Source of the DNA: an uncultured Candidatus Saccharibacteria bacterium
GTDB lineage: Bacteria > Patescibacteriota > UBA1384 > XYA2-FULL-43-10
Assembly: GCA_964426805.1 (NCBI GenBank)
Contig: CAYRRY010000001.1
Coordinates: 2,504-66,503, forward strand
Direction: 5' to 3'
DNA length: 64,000 nt
The stretch's first letter is position 1, and the number at the start of each line of letters is the position of its first letter. Of this stretch, positions 8,839-19,264 are shown piece after piece. The notes below the pieces were generated by a model, which saw nothing but the letters and a program-made list of their open reading frames with translations, did no database searches and was not told the origin of the DNA. A program made the translations under genes and the position numbers.

Positions 8839-9772
8839 TTTTGCCTCCTTTATCTTCTCGAATATCTTTTCCGGTTAGTTCAATAAAGAGATCTTCTAGA
8901 TTCGCTTCACCGATACTCAAGTTGTCAGGATGTATCTTTTGGATGATGTTTATCGCTTTATTCAAATTGGCTTTCGTTTTTATATTTAGCTCAAAATAGT
9001 TGTCTTTGCCGGCAGGATTTAGAATTTCACCGCAACAACTAGTAAGTTTTTCTCGAACCTCAGTCGTTACTTTTTTTGAAACGAAATCGACGCGATACGG
9101 ATAGGCCACTTCTCTGATTAGCTCGTTGACAGGGCCATTTTTTAAGATTTTGCCGTTATCCATAATTGCAATTCTGTCACAAAGTTTTTCCGCCTCTTCC
9201 ATGTAGTGAGTCGTCAGAATTATCGACTTGCCCTGCTTCTTGATCTTCACAATTATCTCCCAAAGGTTTCTTCTGGCAACTGGGTCAAGTCCTGTTGTCG
9301 GTTCATCTAGAAAAACCAGGTCGGGATCATTTATAAGAGAAGCTATTATTGAAAAGCGCTGCTGCTGTCCGCCAGAGAGTTTTCCAACATATGAATTTTT
9401 CTTCTCAAACAAATCAACCGAGCGAAGTAATTCATCTATATCAACGTGTTTCTCATAGAACGAGCCGAAAAGCTCGAGTATCTCGTAGAGTTTCAAGTGA
9501 CTATAGTAGGCGGAAGATTGCAATTGCACACCAATCTTCTCTTTAATTTCGGACAAGTCTTTGTTGATGCTTAATCCTAAAACCTGAATCTCTCCTGAAG
9601 TTGGTTTTCGTAGTCCCTCAATCATCTCTAGGGTTGTCGTTTTGCCAGCTCCATTTTCACCGAGCAAACCAAAAACTTCCCCTTGGTCAACGGAGAAGTT
9701 GATTTGGTCAACAGCAATAAATTTACCGTACTTTTTTGTTAGATTTTTTATTTCCAGAACTTTTTTTGCCAT
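8831..9772 (-). CDS. ABC transporter ATP-binding protein
   Basis: Walker A GENGAGKTTT, signature LSGGQQQR, Walker B LVFLDEPTTGLD. Confidence 0.9.
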   Translation of the reverse strand: MAKKVLEIKNLTKKYGKFIAVDQINFSVDQGEVFGLLGENGAGKTTTLEMIEGLRKPTSGEIQVLGLSINKDLSEIKEKIGVQLQSSAYYSHLKLYEILELFGSFYEKHVDIDELLRSVDLFEKKNSYVGKLSGGQQQRFSIIASLINDPDLVFLDEPTTGLDPVARRNLWEIIVKIKKQGKSIILTTHYMEEAEKLCDRIAIMDNGKILKNGPVNELIREVAYPYRVDFVSKKVTTEVREKLTSCCGEILNPAGKDNYFELNIKTKANLNKAINIIQKIHPDNLSIGEANLEDLFIELTGKDIREDKGGKNA

Positions 9773-12275
9773 TTGCTTTTACCAATTTTATCTTGTTTTT
9801 TGTTAATTCCACTAAAACATTGTCCCCTTTTTTGAACTTCTCGTCAAGAATTCCTTCAGCTAGAGGCGCCTCTATATTCTCCGTTATTACTCTTCTCATC
9901 GGTCTTGCACCGTACTCTGGCTTGAAGCCATTTTCGGCTATTTTATCCTTAGCCTTGGTAGATATCTTTATTCGAATCTTCATCTCCCTTATTCTGGAAA
10001 CTAGCTTTGCCACTTCAACATCTACTATTTTTCGGATAGCTTTTTTGTCTAGCGGTTTGAAGATGATAGTTCTGTCAATCCGGTTTAAAAATTCCGGCTT
10101 AAAGTGTTTCTCTATTTTGTCCATTACATTCTCTTTGAGCTTTTCATATTCATCCTGAGCCTTGTTCCCCTTGTCACTTCCCATAAATCCAATCTTAGCA
10201 CCACGAGTAAGGGTATCGGTGCCGAGGTTTGAGGTCATAACAACAAGAGTATTTCTAAAATCGACTCGTCTGCCCTTGGCATCTGTTAGCTCTCCATCTT
10301 CAAAAATCTGCAGCAAAATATTGAACACTTCCGGATGAGCTTTTTCAATTTCGTCTAGCAAGATCAGGGAGTATGGTTGCTTTCTTATTTTCTCGGTCAA
10401 TTTGCCGCCCTCTTCGTAACCTATATAGCCAGCAGGTGCTCCAACTAAACGGGAAACATTGTGTTTCTCCATAAACTCCGACATATCAATTTTGATTAGA
10501 GCATCGTCTTTACCGAAAACTTCTCGGGCCAAAACTTTGACCAGCTCAGTTTTTCCAACTCCAGTAGGACCTAGGAAAATGAATGAGCCAATCGGTCTTT
10601 TGGGGTCAGATATGCCGACGCGAGAGCGTCTTATGGCTTTTGCAATCTCTTCCACTGCTTCATCTTGTCCGATTATATGTTTGGTTATTCTTTTCTCTAG
10701 ATCCATAAACATTCTCTTCTCGGACAAAGTAAGGTTTGTAACTGGTATTCCTGCCCACTTAGAAACAACTTCGGCTATCTCTTCTTCATCTATTTTGCTT
10801 TTTTTATCAAGCGAACTCTTCTTTTCAAGTTTTAAAATATTTTCTCTTAATTTTAACTCTGCCTGTCGAAGTCTAGAAGCATTTTCATATTTTTCATTGA
10901 TCACGGCTTCATCTTTCTCGTTCGAAATTATTGATAATTTACGAGTTATCTTTGAGAGCTCTCTGGCTTCTGGTGTGATAACATTTGTCGCAGCAGCAGC
11001 CTCGTCGATTAGATCGATTGCTTTGTCTGGCAGAAACCTGTCTTGAATATATCTATGAGAGAGCTTTACGGCAGCTTTAAGTGATTCCGGCGTGTACTTT
11101 ACTTTGTGGTGTTGTTCATACTTCTTCTTAATTCCCTTCAAAATCTTTAGCGTCTCTTCTTCGTCAGTTTCATTTACAACAACTGGTTGAAATCTGCGCT
11201 CGAAAGCAGCATCTTTCTCAATATGTTTTTTGAACTCGTCAAATGTTGTGGCGCCCAAAACTTGTATTTCGCCTCTTGCCAAGGGTGGTTTCAGTATATT
11301 CGCAGCGTCCATCGATCCCTCGGCGGAGCCGGTGCCAATTACGGTGTGAATTTCATCGATAAAAAGAAGGATATTTCCTTTCTTTTTGATCTCAGAAATT
11401 ATCTTTTTGATTCGTGATTCAAATTGACCGCGATACATGGTGCCAGCCAAAAGAGAGCCCATGTCTAGCGACAAGACCTCCTTGTTGGCGATTTTTGTAG
11501 GCACTTCCCCTTCAACTATTCTAGACGCCAGTCCTTCAATAATTGCGGTTTTACCAACTCCAGGTTCTCCAATCAGGATAGGATTGTTTTTCTTTCTTCG
11601 CGATAAAATCTGTGTAATTCTGTCAATTTCAACATCTCGCCCGATTACTGGGTCAAGTTTTTTAGTCCTTGCCTGATTAGTGATATTTACAGTAAATGCT
11701 TTTAGCGCAGATTTTTCCTTGGTTTTGGTGGTTTGCATCTGCATCCCAGGTGGTGGCCCCATCGGACCGAAAGAAGCATCAGCCCCAGGCATCTCCATCT
11801 GCTCTAAGTTTGGTGCCTGCATTGCTTCTTTCGATTTGTTTATCTCAGAAAAAACAGACTCAATCTGAGTTTTTATCTCAACGGGGTTGATACCGATACG
11901 TTCAATTATGCTATATGAGTTAAATGTTTTGTTGGAAACTAGCGCCAAAAGTAGATGTTCAGCGTCGACTGTTCTGTGTTTGAACTTAGCAGCAAACTGG
12001 ACGCCAAGTTGTGTTGCGGCTTTGGCGTCTTTCGACATGCCGTTCGGAGCAGAACGGGCTACTCGCTTGCTAACAAGCCCAGCAACCAGGTGTGCTTGGT
12101 CTTCAGAAACTCGATAAACCGAGAGTATATCGTTAGCCAGTGTTCCCTTAATCATTAGAAGCGCCAAAAAAAGATGCTCAGTATCTATGATACTGTTTTG
12201 TTCTTTGGCAATCCTTTCAGCGGTCATCAAAACTTTCTGTAAGTTTGGACTAAATTTTCCAAATACATTTTTCAC
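9723..12275 (-). CDS. clpC: AAA+ chaperone ClpC-type (Clp ATPase with short M-domain and IGF ClpP-docking loop)
   Basis: Two Clp-N repeats. Two AAA modules (GEPGVGKT; GPTGVGKT). Middle domain is only ~60 aa. IGF tripeptide in AAA-2 (AKIGFMG). The 3' end overlaps the ABC ATPase start by 50 nt. Confidence 0.85.
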   Translation of the reverse strand: MKNVFGKFSPNLQKVLMTAERIAKEQNSIIDTEHLFLALLMIKGTLANDILSVYRVSEDQAHLVAGLVSKRVARSAPNGMSKDAKAATQLGVQFAAKFKHRTVDAEHLLLALVSNKTFNSYSIIERIGINPVEIKTQIESVFSEINKSKEAMQAPNLEQMEMPGADASFGPMGPPPGMQMQTTKTKEKSALKAFTVNITNQARTKKLDPVIGRDVEIDRITQILSRRKKNNPILIGEPGVGKTAIIEGLASRIVEGEVPTKIANKEVLSLDMGSLLAGTMYRGQFESRIKKIISEIKKKGNILLFIDEIHTVIGTGSAEGSMDAANILKPPLARGEIQVLGATTFDEFKKHIEKDAAFERRFQPVVVNETDEEETLKILKGIKKKYEQHHKVKYTPESLKAAVKLSHRYIQDRFLPDKAIDLIDEAAAATNVITPEARELSKITRKLSIISNEKDEAVINEKYENASRLRQAELKLRENILKLEKKSSLDKKSKIDEEEIAEVVSKWAGIPVTNLTLSEKRMFMDLEKRITKHIIGQDEAVEEIAKAIRRSRVGISDPKRPIGSFIFLGPTGVGKTELVKVLAREVFGKDDALIKIDMSEFMEKHNVSRLVGAPAGYIGYEEGGKLTEKIRKQPYSLILLDEIEKAHPEVFNILLQIFEDGELTDAKGRRVDFRNTLVVMTSNLGTDTLTRGAKIGFMGSDKGNKAQDEYEKLKENVMDKIEKHFKPEFLNRIDRTIIFKPLDKKAIRKIVDVEVAKLVSRIREMKIRIKISTKAKDKIAENGFKPEYGARPMRRVITENIEAPLAEGILDEKFKKGDNVLVELTKNKIKLVKANGKKSSGNKKSNKKVR

Positions 12276-12299
12276 GTTTAGATCTTTAAGATTTAATTC

Positions 12300-13550
12300 T
12301 TACTTACTGTCCTCTTCTTTATCTTCTTTCTTGGCTTTTTTCTTTTTAACTTTTGCCTTCGTTTTTTTAGCTTTCTTTGCAGGCTTCTTCTTCGGTTTTT
12401 CCTCGGCCTCTGATTTCTCGGGTGTGTCGGGGTTCTCTGACTTTTTCTCATCAACCACCTCTTCGACACTTTCTTCTTCCTCATTTTCGGTACTAGTTCC
12501 ACTCTCGTCTTTTACTATGTCTATGCCCCAGTCGGTAAGCTTGGAGGCCAGACGCACATTTTGCCCACCCTTGCCAATAGCAAGCGAAAGACTCTCCTCT
12601 TCGACCATCACAGTAGCCTTGTGGTCCTTAGAAGAGATATTAATAGATTTAGTTTTAGCGGGAGAGAGAGCATTTTTGATAAACTGCTCGACATCTTCAT
12701 CCCAAAGCACGATGTCAATCTTCTCTTCGCCGAGTTCAGCCAATATCGCCTGAACTCTTGTTCCGCGCTGACCAACGCATGATCCAACCGGATCTATGCC
12801 TTCCTCGGTCGCGATAACAGCTATTTTAGTTCGTGATCCGGCTTCCCGGGCGATGCTTTTTATCTCAACTGTTTCTGCCAACACCTCAGGAACTTCAATC
12901 TCGAACAAACCTCGGATCAAGCCTTCATCAGAACGCGACACAATAATCTGAGGACCTCGTGAGGTTTCAGAAACCTCCTTGACCAAAACTTTCAATCTCT
13001 GACCTACATAATATCGCTCTTCATTTACCTGTTCTGATGGATAAAGCACAGCGTTTGCCTTGCCGAGCGAAAGAATAACATTTCTTCCTTCGATCTGCTG
13101 AACAGTTGCGTTTATGATCTCGCCTTCTCTGTCTTTGAACTCGTCGAACATCATATTTCTCTCAGCTTCTCGTATTCGCTGAATTATAACTTGTTTAGCA
13201 GTTTGCGCAGCGATTCTTCCAAAATCTGATTCTTTTGGCAGTGGAAGCTTTATTTCATCGCCCGCTTTAACTTTTTTATCAAACTTCATTGCTTCGGCCA
13301 CAGTAAGCTGTCTTTCGGATTCCTCTACTTCTTCCTCTTCCTCAACAACTTCATAAACACGAAACATGTCAGCCTCTCCGTTCTCTGGGTCGAGCTTCGA
13401 AGTGATAATTTGTTTTGGTTTTCCATAATCTTTTCTATAAGCGGCAGCCAACGCTGCTTCGAGCGCTTCTATAATTGTCTTCTTCTCTAATCCTTTTTCG
13501 TCGCATAGTTCATCGATTGCGCTCATGAACGCGTTCATCTCTTTTGCCAT
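12300..13550 (-). CDS. nusA: transcription termination/antitermination factor NusA with Lys/Glu-rich C-terminal tail
   Basis: NusA N-domain, S1 and two KH regions (GKGGQNVRLA). Basic/acidic repeat tail at the C-terminus. Confidence 0.9.
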   Translation of the reverse strand: MAKEMNAFMSAIDELCDEKGLEKKTIIEALEAALAAAYRKDYGKPKQIITSKLDPENGEADMFRVYEVVEEEEEVEESERQLTVAEAMKFDKKVKAGDEIKLPLPKESDFGRIAAQTAKQVIIQRIREAERNMMFDEFKDREGEIINATVQQIEGRNVILSLGKANAVLYPSEQVNEERYYVGQRLKVLVKEVSETSRGPQIIVSRSDEGLIRGLFEIEVPEVLAETVEIKSIAREAGSRTKIAVIATEEGIDPVGSCVGQRGTRVQAILAELGEEKIDIVLWDEDVEQFIKNALSPAKTKSINISSKDHKATVMVEEESLSLAIGKGGQNVRLASKLTDWGIDIVKDESGTSTENEEEESVEEVVDEKKSENPDTPEKSEAEEKPKKKPAKKAKKTKAKVKKKKAKKEDKEEDSK

Positions 13551-13685
13551 AATCTTCCTTTCGTCCCATTATTGGGAATATTAAATTGTTTTTAGACTAT
13601 TTATTAAAAAAATGGTGCCACAGAAGGGTCACCATAATCCACGTCTCTATACTATCAAATATAGTCACATTTGTCAATAGAATAT

Positions 13686-13725
13686 GCGAAAAATACGAAC
13701 GGCTCACACTAAGTGTGAGCCGTTC
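13686..13725 (-). terminator. intrinsic terminator after the GH5-like gene (13-bp perfect stem GAACGGCTCACAC-taa-GTGTGAGCCGTTC followed by TATTTTTCG on minus strand)
   Basis: Read directly from sequence. Stem sequence is related to the dispersed palindromic repeat family. Confidence 0.6.
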
Positions 13726-13749
13726 GCCTATCTAGAGCGTATTAACTAT

Positions 13750-15189
13750 CTATTTAGTAACTTCAACAAATATAGGTGTATCGGTTATATTTATTGTGCT
13801 CGCATCTTTCGTTTCTTCTTCTCCGTAAATATCAGTAACGGTAACGCTTCCTGATATTTCAGACGGCACGCTCGAGCTCTTGCCCCAGAGGACATATACA
13901 ACATCGCTTCCATCTGTAAACTTGTACTGTCCCGCGGAAGATGTAGCCCCGTCTGAGTCGTGCTCACTTTCTCTATATTCCTCGTTAATTGCTTCGACTT
14001 TATCAAAGCTGCCTAGCTTTTTGACTAAAAACTTATAAAGCTTATGAGTTGTGCTACTGTCTAAGTCGACATTTGACAACGGTCTTTTCTTCTCTTTATC
14101 CTTGTCCGCGCTACTGTAAGCATCTTCCTCGCCCCACATGGTCCAGTTCTCAATCAGAAATATTTTTTCAGCACCGAGAGCTAGTGAGAAAATGGTTGAT
14201 TTTGCCATCAGGGAATTAAACGCTTCAATGTCATCTGGCTCTCCCTGCAGATTTCCAAATTGGGCTTCTGTAATCCATATCGGTTTGTCAGTTATACCGT
14301 AGCCGGATAGATAATCTTTAAATTTCAAAAGATACATATCTTCCCGGCGCTCATCTGTATTTATTGAGTGAATATTAGCTATGTCAAAGTAATCGCCTGC
14401 TCCACCCTTAAACACTGGATTCCAAAACTCCTTAAACTGTTCTTGCATCCCAGCCATCCCGGCGTGAAGAACTTTTGCAGTCGGATCAGCTTTTTTGATA
14501 GCGGTGTATGAGGTTTTCAAAATTTCGAGGTATTCCGCAGAAGTTCCTACAAAAAACTTTAAATCCTCGCCTGCGCCACCTTCGGATCTGCCTTGCATTG
14601 AAGGTTCATTTAGAACTTCCCAATATTTGATAGGAACTTCTAATCCTGGCATATCGTCAACACCATCTCCGTCGTATCGTTCGACTACTTTCTCTAAAAA
14701 TGCGCCGTAAGCTTCCATATCACAAGGAGCGCCCATCAGTAGATTTTCACCATCTCTTTGTAGGTGGCCAGTGGCTTCGTATTTTGAACCGCTGTGACAA
14801 CTCTCCTGGTCCCAATTTGCATACGGCCAGATGATGGACAGATTATAAACTCCATCGGCTGTCATGCCCATATCGCCTTTTACCATCTGGTCCTTAAAGT
14901 CCCAATCATATTTCCCCTCTTTTGTTTCTATGTCGTTCCATACCGTATCATTCCCCCTCATCCAATAAGCGTCCTCTTCTCCAGCTACTTTTGAAATGTG
15001 AGAAGCTTCGGCTACAGGGTCGAGAGCTATAACTCCTGAACCATCTTTAACCACTGGAGCGTTGTTTTCCTTGGGCGCAAAAAATCCGTAGGCGAAATAT
15101 CCAACTACGGCAATTATTACTATTACGATGACCCAGATCCACCACTTGTTTTTTTTGTTGTTAGTTCCCAAATCAATTTCTTCGCTCAT
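13750..15189 (-). CDS. membrane-anchored glycoside hydrolase, family 5-like (TIM-barrel cellulase superfamily)
   Basis: N-terminal TM helix. WEVLNEP (acid/base Glu in NEP) and IWITE (nucleophile Glu) motifs are characteristic of GH5/clan GH-A. Confidence 0.6.
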   Translation of the reverse strand: MSEEIDLGTNNKKNKWWIWVIVIVIIAVVGYFAYGFFAPKENNAPVVKDGSGVIALDPVAEASHISKVAGEEDAYWMRGNDTVWNDIETKEGKYDWDFKDQMVKGDMGMTADGVYNLSIIWPYANWDQESCHSGSKYEATGHLQRDGENLLMGAPCDMEAYGAFLEKVVERYDGDGVDDMPGLEVPIKYWEVLNEPSMQGRSEGGAGEDLKFFVGTSAEYLEILKTSYTAIKKADPTAKVLHAGMAGMQEQFKEFWNPVFKGGAGDYFDIANIHSINTDERREDMYLLKFKDYLSGYGITDKPIWITEAQFGNLQGEPDDIEAFNSLMAKSTIFSLALGAEKIFLIENWTMWGEEDAYSSADKDKEKKRPLSNVDLDSSTTHKLYKFLVKKLGSFDKVEAINEEYRESEHDSDGATSSAGQYKFTDGSDVVYVLWGKSSSVPSEISGSVTVTDIYGEEETKDASTINITDTPIFVEVTK

Positions 15190-15222
15190 ATCCCCTCCAA
15201 AACATTAATTAACTATATTTTA

Positions 15223-16056
15223 TCAAACTAATCTTTTTTTAAGAACTAGCCAAGCAACTTTTATAAGTGCCGTTTGGCGTTTTATTCTCTTTGGGTTTTC
15301 AAGTAAACGATACAACCACTCAAGTCCTATAACCTGCATCCACTTCGGAGCTCTTTTTTGTACGCCGGCGACGAAATCAAATGTGCCTCCTAAACCAATT
15401 CCAATTTTACATCCAGTTTTTGCTAAATTTCGCTTTAACCAAAACTCCTGTCTGGGCGATCCAAATCCACAGAGCAAGATATCTGCAGAGGACTTCTTGA
15501 TCACTTCAAGTATGTGATTTTCTTCACTCGGTGAGTCGGTAGCAGAGAGAGAGCCAACTATTTTTAGGTTATGAATATCGGTTTGTAGTTTTAGCGACGT
15601 TTTCTCAACCACATTTGGATCAAGCCCCTTTTTATAGCCGAGCAGGAAAATGCGTTTTTTGTTTTTTGCGGCGTATTCACAGAGATCCCAAACTAGATCA
15701 GATCCTGAAAGTTTTTGTAAACTCTTTTTAAAAAATTGGTATGAAAACGGAAAAAATATTAGAGATAAAAGCCAGTGAATTGGAGCATAGATATAGTTTA
15801 TGAATTTATTTTTAAACTTAAAGGCGTTCAAAGTCTTGTAAGCCCAAATAACTCCAGCGCCATCGATTATGTTTAGACTTGCAGCTTTGTCTAGCAAGTT
15901 GAAGAAAGCATCATCATTCAAAGCATGACTTACGAACTCAACGTTGACTGTGGTGATGAGGCTCGAGTTTTTCTTCTCCTCCAAGCGAGAAAGCTGATGA
16001 ATGAATTCATCTTTAGAAAGCGAGTCTAATTTTATATCAAGTAGCTTTATTCTCAT
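15223..16056 (-). CDS. WecB/TagA/CpsF-family glycosyltransferase (GT26)
   Basis: C-terminal GLEWLYRLLENPKR motif and GGTFDF region typical of TagA/WecG. Confidence 0.75.
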   Translation of the reverse strand: MRIKLLDIKLDSLSKDEFIHQLSRLEEKKNSSLITTVNVEFVSHALNDDAFFNLLDKAASLNIIDGAGVIWAYKTLNAFKFKNKFINYIYAPIHWLLSLIFFPFSYQFFKKSLQKLSGSDLVWDLCEYAAKNKKRIFLLGYKKGLDPNVVEKTSLKLQTDIHNLKIVGSLSATDSPSEENHILEVIKKSSADILLCGFGSPRQEFWLKRNLAKTGCKIGIGLGGTFDFVAGVQKRAPKWMQVIGLEWLYRLLENPKRIKRQTALIKVAWLVLKKRLV

Positions 16057-17180
16057 TTGCTAAACTTACTATATTTTTCTTCAACATATTTGGTGAATTG
16101 ATTTTTGAATCTCTCAACTCCAAACTCTTTTGACCGATTGATGCATGTTTGTGGATCATACTTCGTAATATTCTTCTCAAACTTCTCTACTGCACCTATA
16201 AGTGATTCATAATTATCATCTTCAAAAAACAGGCCAGTTTTTGCATCTATCACAGTTTCCAGCACTCCACCGGATCCGTAGGCAATAACAGGTGTTCCCT
16301 GAGCCATAGCTTGGAGCGGCGTAAGCCCGAAGTCCTCTTCTCCTGGGAACACTAGAGCTTTTGCTTCGGCCAAATGCTTGGAAACTTCTTTTTCATCGCT
16401 TAAGTATCCCAGAAACTCGATGTTGTCATTTGCTAGAGACTGCAATCTTGCAAAATCTGCTCCCTCCCCTATTATCTTTAGATTTTTGCCAGACTTGTTG
16501 AAGGCCTCGATTGCTAAATCAATCTTTTTGTATGGTGTGAGCCTAGAAAGTATGAGGTAGTAATTTTTCTTTTCTGCATCAACTTTTGTTTGATTGGGAA
16601 ATGGAGGATAAATAACATCCGATTCTGCTCCGTAGTACTTCTTTATTCTTTTTGCTACATGTTTCGATATAGCAATCCAGTAGTTTGTTCGTTTCGACGC
16701 CTCTTTGTCCCACAACCGAAGCCGATAAAGCATGCCCCGTATAATCAACCCTCTTATTCCAAAACCGATATTGTTCTCGTCTAGGTATTGATGATACCAA
16801 TCCCACAAGTATCGTGTTGGCGAGTAACAGTGAGTTATGTGCAGACAGGATTTGGCGGTTATAGCGCCGTGAGCAAATGAGTTAGAATCAGAGATTACGA
16901 TGTCATACTCTGAAAGATCAAGCCTTTCAATGGCCCCGGGGAACTTATTCATCAGAAACTTCTGTTTGTTTTGAATAATTTTTGGGTATTTCTGTAGATA
17001 TGAGGTTTTTATCTCGTATCCTTCTTCAAACACGCCCTTCGTCCCTCTTTTGTCGTACATAAGTGTATATATGGGAGCATCAGGGTAGATCTTATGCAAG
17101 ACCTCCAAAACTTTCTCGGCGCCACCGAGCTTGATAAGAAAATCGTGGACTATGGCTATTTTGGGATTATTTTTTTTCAT
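16053..17180 (-). CDS. glycosyltransferase family 4 (GT-B)
   Basis: EDFGLTPLQAMAQGTPVIA E-x7-E type motif. Overlaps neighbouring genes by a few nt. Confidence 0.75.
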   Translation of the reverse strand: MKKNNPKIAIVHDFLIKLGGAEKVLEVLHKIYPDAPIYTLMYDKRGTKGVFEEGYEIKTSYLQKYPKIIQNKQKFLMNKFPGAIERLDLSEYDIVISDSNSFAHGAITAKSCLHITHCYSPTRYLWDWYHQYLDENNIGFGIRGLIIRGMLYRLRLWDKEASKRTNYWIAISKHVAKRIKKYYGAESDVIYPPFPNQTKVDAEKKNYYLILSRLTPYKKIDLAIEAFNKSGKNLKIIGEGADFARLQSLANDNIEFLGYLSDEKEVSKHLAEAKALVFPGEEDFGLTPLQAMAQGTPVIAYGSGGVLETVIDAKTGLFFEDDNYESLIGAVEKFEKNITKYDPQTCINRSKEFGVERFKNQFTKYVEEKYSKFSK

Positions 17181-18249
17181 CTAGAGAATTAAATACTTCA
17201 ATTACTTTCAGAGCCGTCATTTTCCAACTGTATTTTCCCAATCTCTCGCTACCAAGTTTTACTAGCTTGTCTGCCTCTTTTTTTGATCCAAGAACCACAG
17301 ATATTGTTTCTGCGATTTGTTCTGGCTTTTCAGGATCAAAATATTTTACAGCATCACCAGCTACTTCTGGAAGGGATGAGCTTTTTGAGCAAACCACCGG
17401 CGTCTGTGATGCGAAAGCTTCCAAAATTGGTATGCCGAAACCTTCGTAGAAGCTTGGGAATACAAAAAGAGAAGCATGTTTATAGTAGGAAGGAAGTGCA
17501 TCATCGCTTATATAGCCTGTAATAATTATTTTATTGCCAAGATTGTTCTTTTTTATTTCCTGCTCAATCTTTTCATAACCATATCCATGCTTTCCAGCTA
17601 AAATAAGTTTGTGTTTGAATGATTTCTCTTTGCAAAGAATTGCAAAAGCCTTTACCAAATTCAAGATATTTTTCTTTTTTTCTAATCTACCAACGTAGAG
17701 AAGGTAATCATCTTTGATTGGTTTAGTCGATTCCTTCGTATTTATAAATCTTCCCTCGTCGATACTAAGTCCAGTGACTTGCATCCTACGACGAAAATTA
17801 GGATAGAAGGTTTGAAAATCAGTCTTAGAGCTTTCAGTCAGAAACAGGATTGCTTTTGCTTTTTTGACGGCACTTTTAAGGGCGCTTTCTTGGAGAAGTT
17901 TGTTTTTTATAGAGTAGCACTCGGCATAGTGTTTGAATCCCAAGTCATGAACGTAGGTTGTAGAGTTTCTCGGGCAATACGAAGGAAGCATGTAGCCCGG
18001 CTCTAAAAAAGCGTCATAGTTTCCCCTCATGAGCAATAATGGTAGTTGAAATTTATTCCAAAACCTTTTCTTTTTCGAGTGGATTAGTTCATAATTATTA
18101 GTTGAAAACCGCACTTCTTTATTGGTGAGTATGGTGTACTTATTCTTTTTATCGTTCGACAAAAGAGAATCTATCAATTGATAGGAGAAATATTCTATGC
18201 CTGTTTTTTTATCTGCTGCGGCTTGCGCAGCATCTATAGCAATTTTCAT
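17167..18249 (-). CDS. glycosyltransferase family 4 (GT-B)
   Basis: YEGFGIPILEAFASQTPVVCS motif. Confidence 0.75.
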   Translation of the reverse strand: MKIAIDAAQAAADKKTGIEYFSYQLIDSLLSNDKKNKYTILTNKEVRFSTNNYELIHSKKKRFWNKFQLPLLLMRGNYDAFLEPGYMLPSYCPRNSTTYVHDLGFKHYAECYSIKNKLLQESALKSAVKKAKAILFLTESSKTDFQTFYPNFRRRMQVTGLSIDEGRFINTKESTKPIKDDYLLYVGRLEKKKNILNLVKAFAILCKEKSFKHKLILAGKHGYGYEKIEQEIKKNNLGNKIIITGYISDDALPSYYKHASLFVFPSFYEGFGIPILEAFASQTPVVCSKSSSLPEVAGDAVKYFDPEKPEQIAETISVVLGSKKEADKLVKLGSERLGKYSWKMTALKVIEVFNSLDEKK

Positions 18250-18256
18250 GGTTAAA

Positions 18257-19264
18257 TTAATTCTTCGCCCAAAGGATTGATCGTTTGTAAGCTTCTAAGT
18301 GATCCAAAGCTATGCCACAACCTTTTACTGTACAAAGCTCGGGCTCTTCTGCAACTTCGCAAGGCACTCCTGTAACTTTGGTCAAAAGCGTGTCGATATT
18401 TCGCAACCTTGCTCCACCACCAGTTATTACAATCCCCTTGTCCATAACATCTGAGGCAAGCTCCGGTGGGGTGTTTTGCAACACTTCTTTAACAATATTT
18501 ATAATTTCAAGTAGCGGGCCTTTAACAGCTTTGGCAATATCTTCCGATGATATTATTATGCTCTCCGGCAAACCTGTAACTGAATTTGAGCCCGAAATTT
18601 CCTTGTCTAGTTTCTCTTTTGCTGGTGTGGCTGAGCCGATGCCTATCTTAACCTTTTCTGCAGTTTGGCGACCTATTATTAAATTATGTTTTTTTCGGAT
18701 GTAATTTGATATAGCTGTATCAAGCTTATCTCCGCCTACACGAACTGAGGAAGATACGACAATATCGCCAAGTGCAATTACTGCTACTTCCGAAGTGCCG
18801 CCGCCAATATCTATAATCATGTTTCCGCTCGATGTTGCTATGGGAATACCGGCACCAAGAGCGGCAGCGATCGGTTGTTTTATAAGGTATGCCTGCTTTG
18901 CTCCAGCTGAGACACAGGCGTCGATTACAGCTTTTCTCTCGGTAGAAGTAACTCCAGCCGGCACAGATATCATTATTTCTGGCTTGATAAGCCGGATTCT
19001 GCCCGATACGCGGTTTACAAAGTTCTTGAGCATCGCCTCGGTTATCTTAAAGTTGGCGATAGCGCCTTCCTGAAGTGGATGCGCGGCGATGATACTATCC
19101 GGTGTGCGTCCTATCATCTCTTTTGCTTCCTTGCCAATAGCCATTATTTTATTATCGCTCGCCTGTAATGCAACAACAGAAGGCTCGTTGATAACAATTC
19201 CTTTTTTAGGAATATAAACGAGAGAATCAGTAGTACCCAAATCGATGGCGATTTTTCTGGACAT
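18257..19264 (-). CDS. mreB: rod shape-determining protein MreB
   Basis: Actin-fold motifs IDLGT, IIDIGGGTS, ITGGGA. Full-length MreB. Confidence 0.92.
   Translation of the reverse strand: MSRKIAIDLGTTDSLVYIPKKGIVINEPSVVALQASDNKIMAIGKEAKEMIGRTPDSIIAAHPLQEGAIANFKITEAMLKNFVNRVSGRIRLIKPEIMISVPAGVTSTERKAVIDACVSAGAKQAYLIKQPIAAALGAGIPIATSSGNMIIDIGGGTSEVAVIALGDIVVSSSVRVGGDKLDTAISNYIRKKHNLIIGRQTAEKVKIGIGSATPAKEKLDKEISGSNSVTGLPESIIISSEDIAKAVKGPLLEIINIVKEVLQNTPPELASDVMDKGIVITGGGARLRNIDTLLTKVTGVPCEVAEEPELCTVKGCGIALDHLEAYKRSILWAKN

Noticed and set aside
9723-12275. Calling the Clp ATPase ClpB
   Set aside because: The middle domain is only ~60 aa and an IGF ClpP-docking loop is present, which fits ClpC rather than ClpB.
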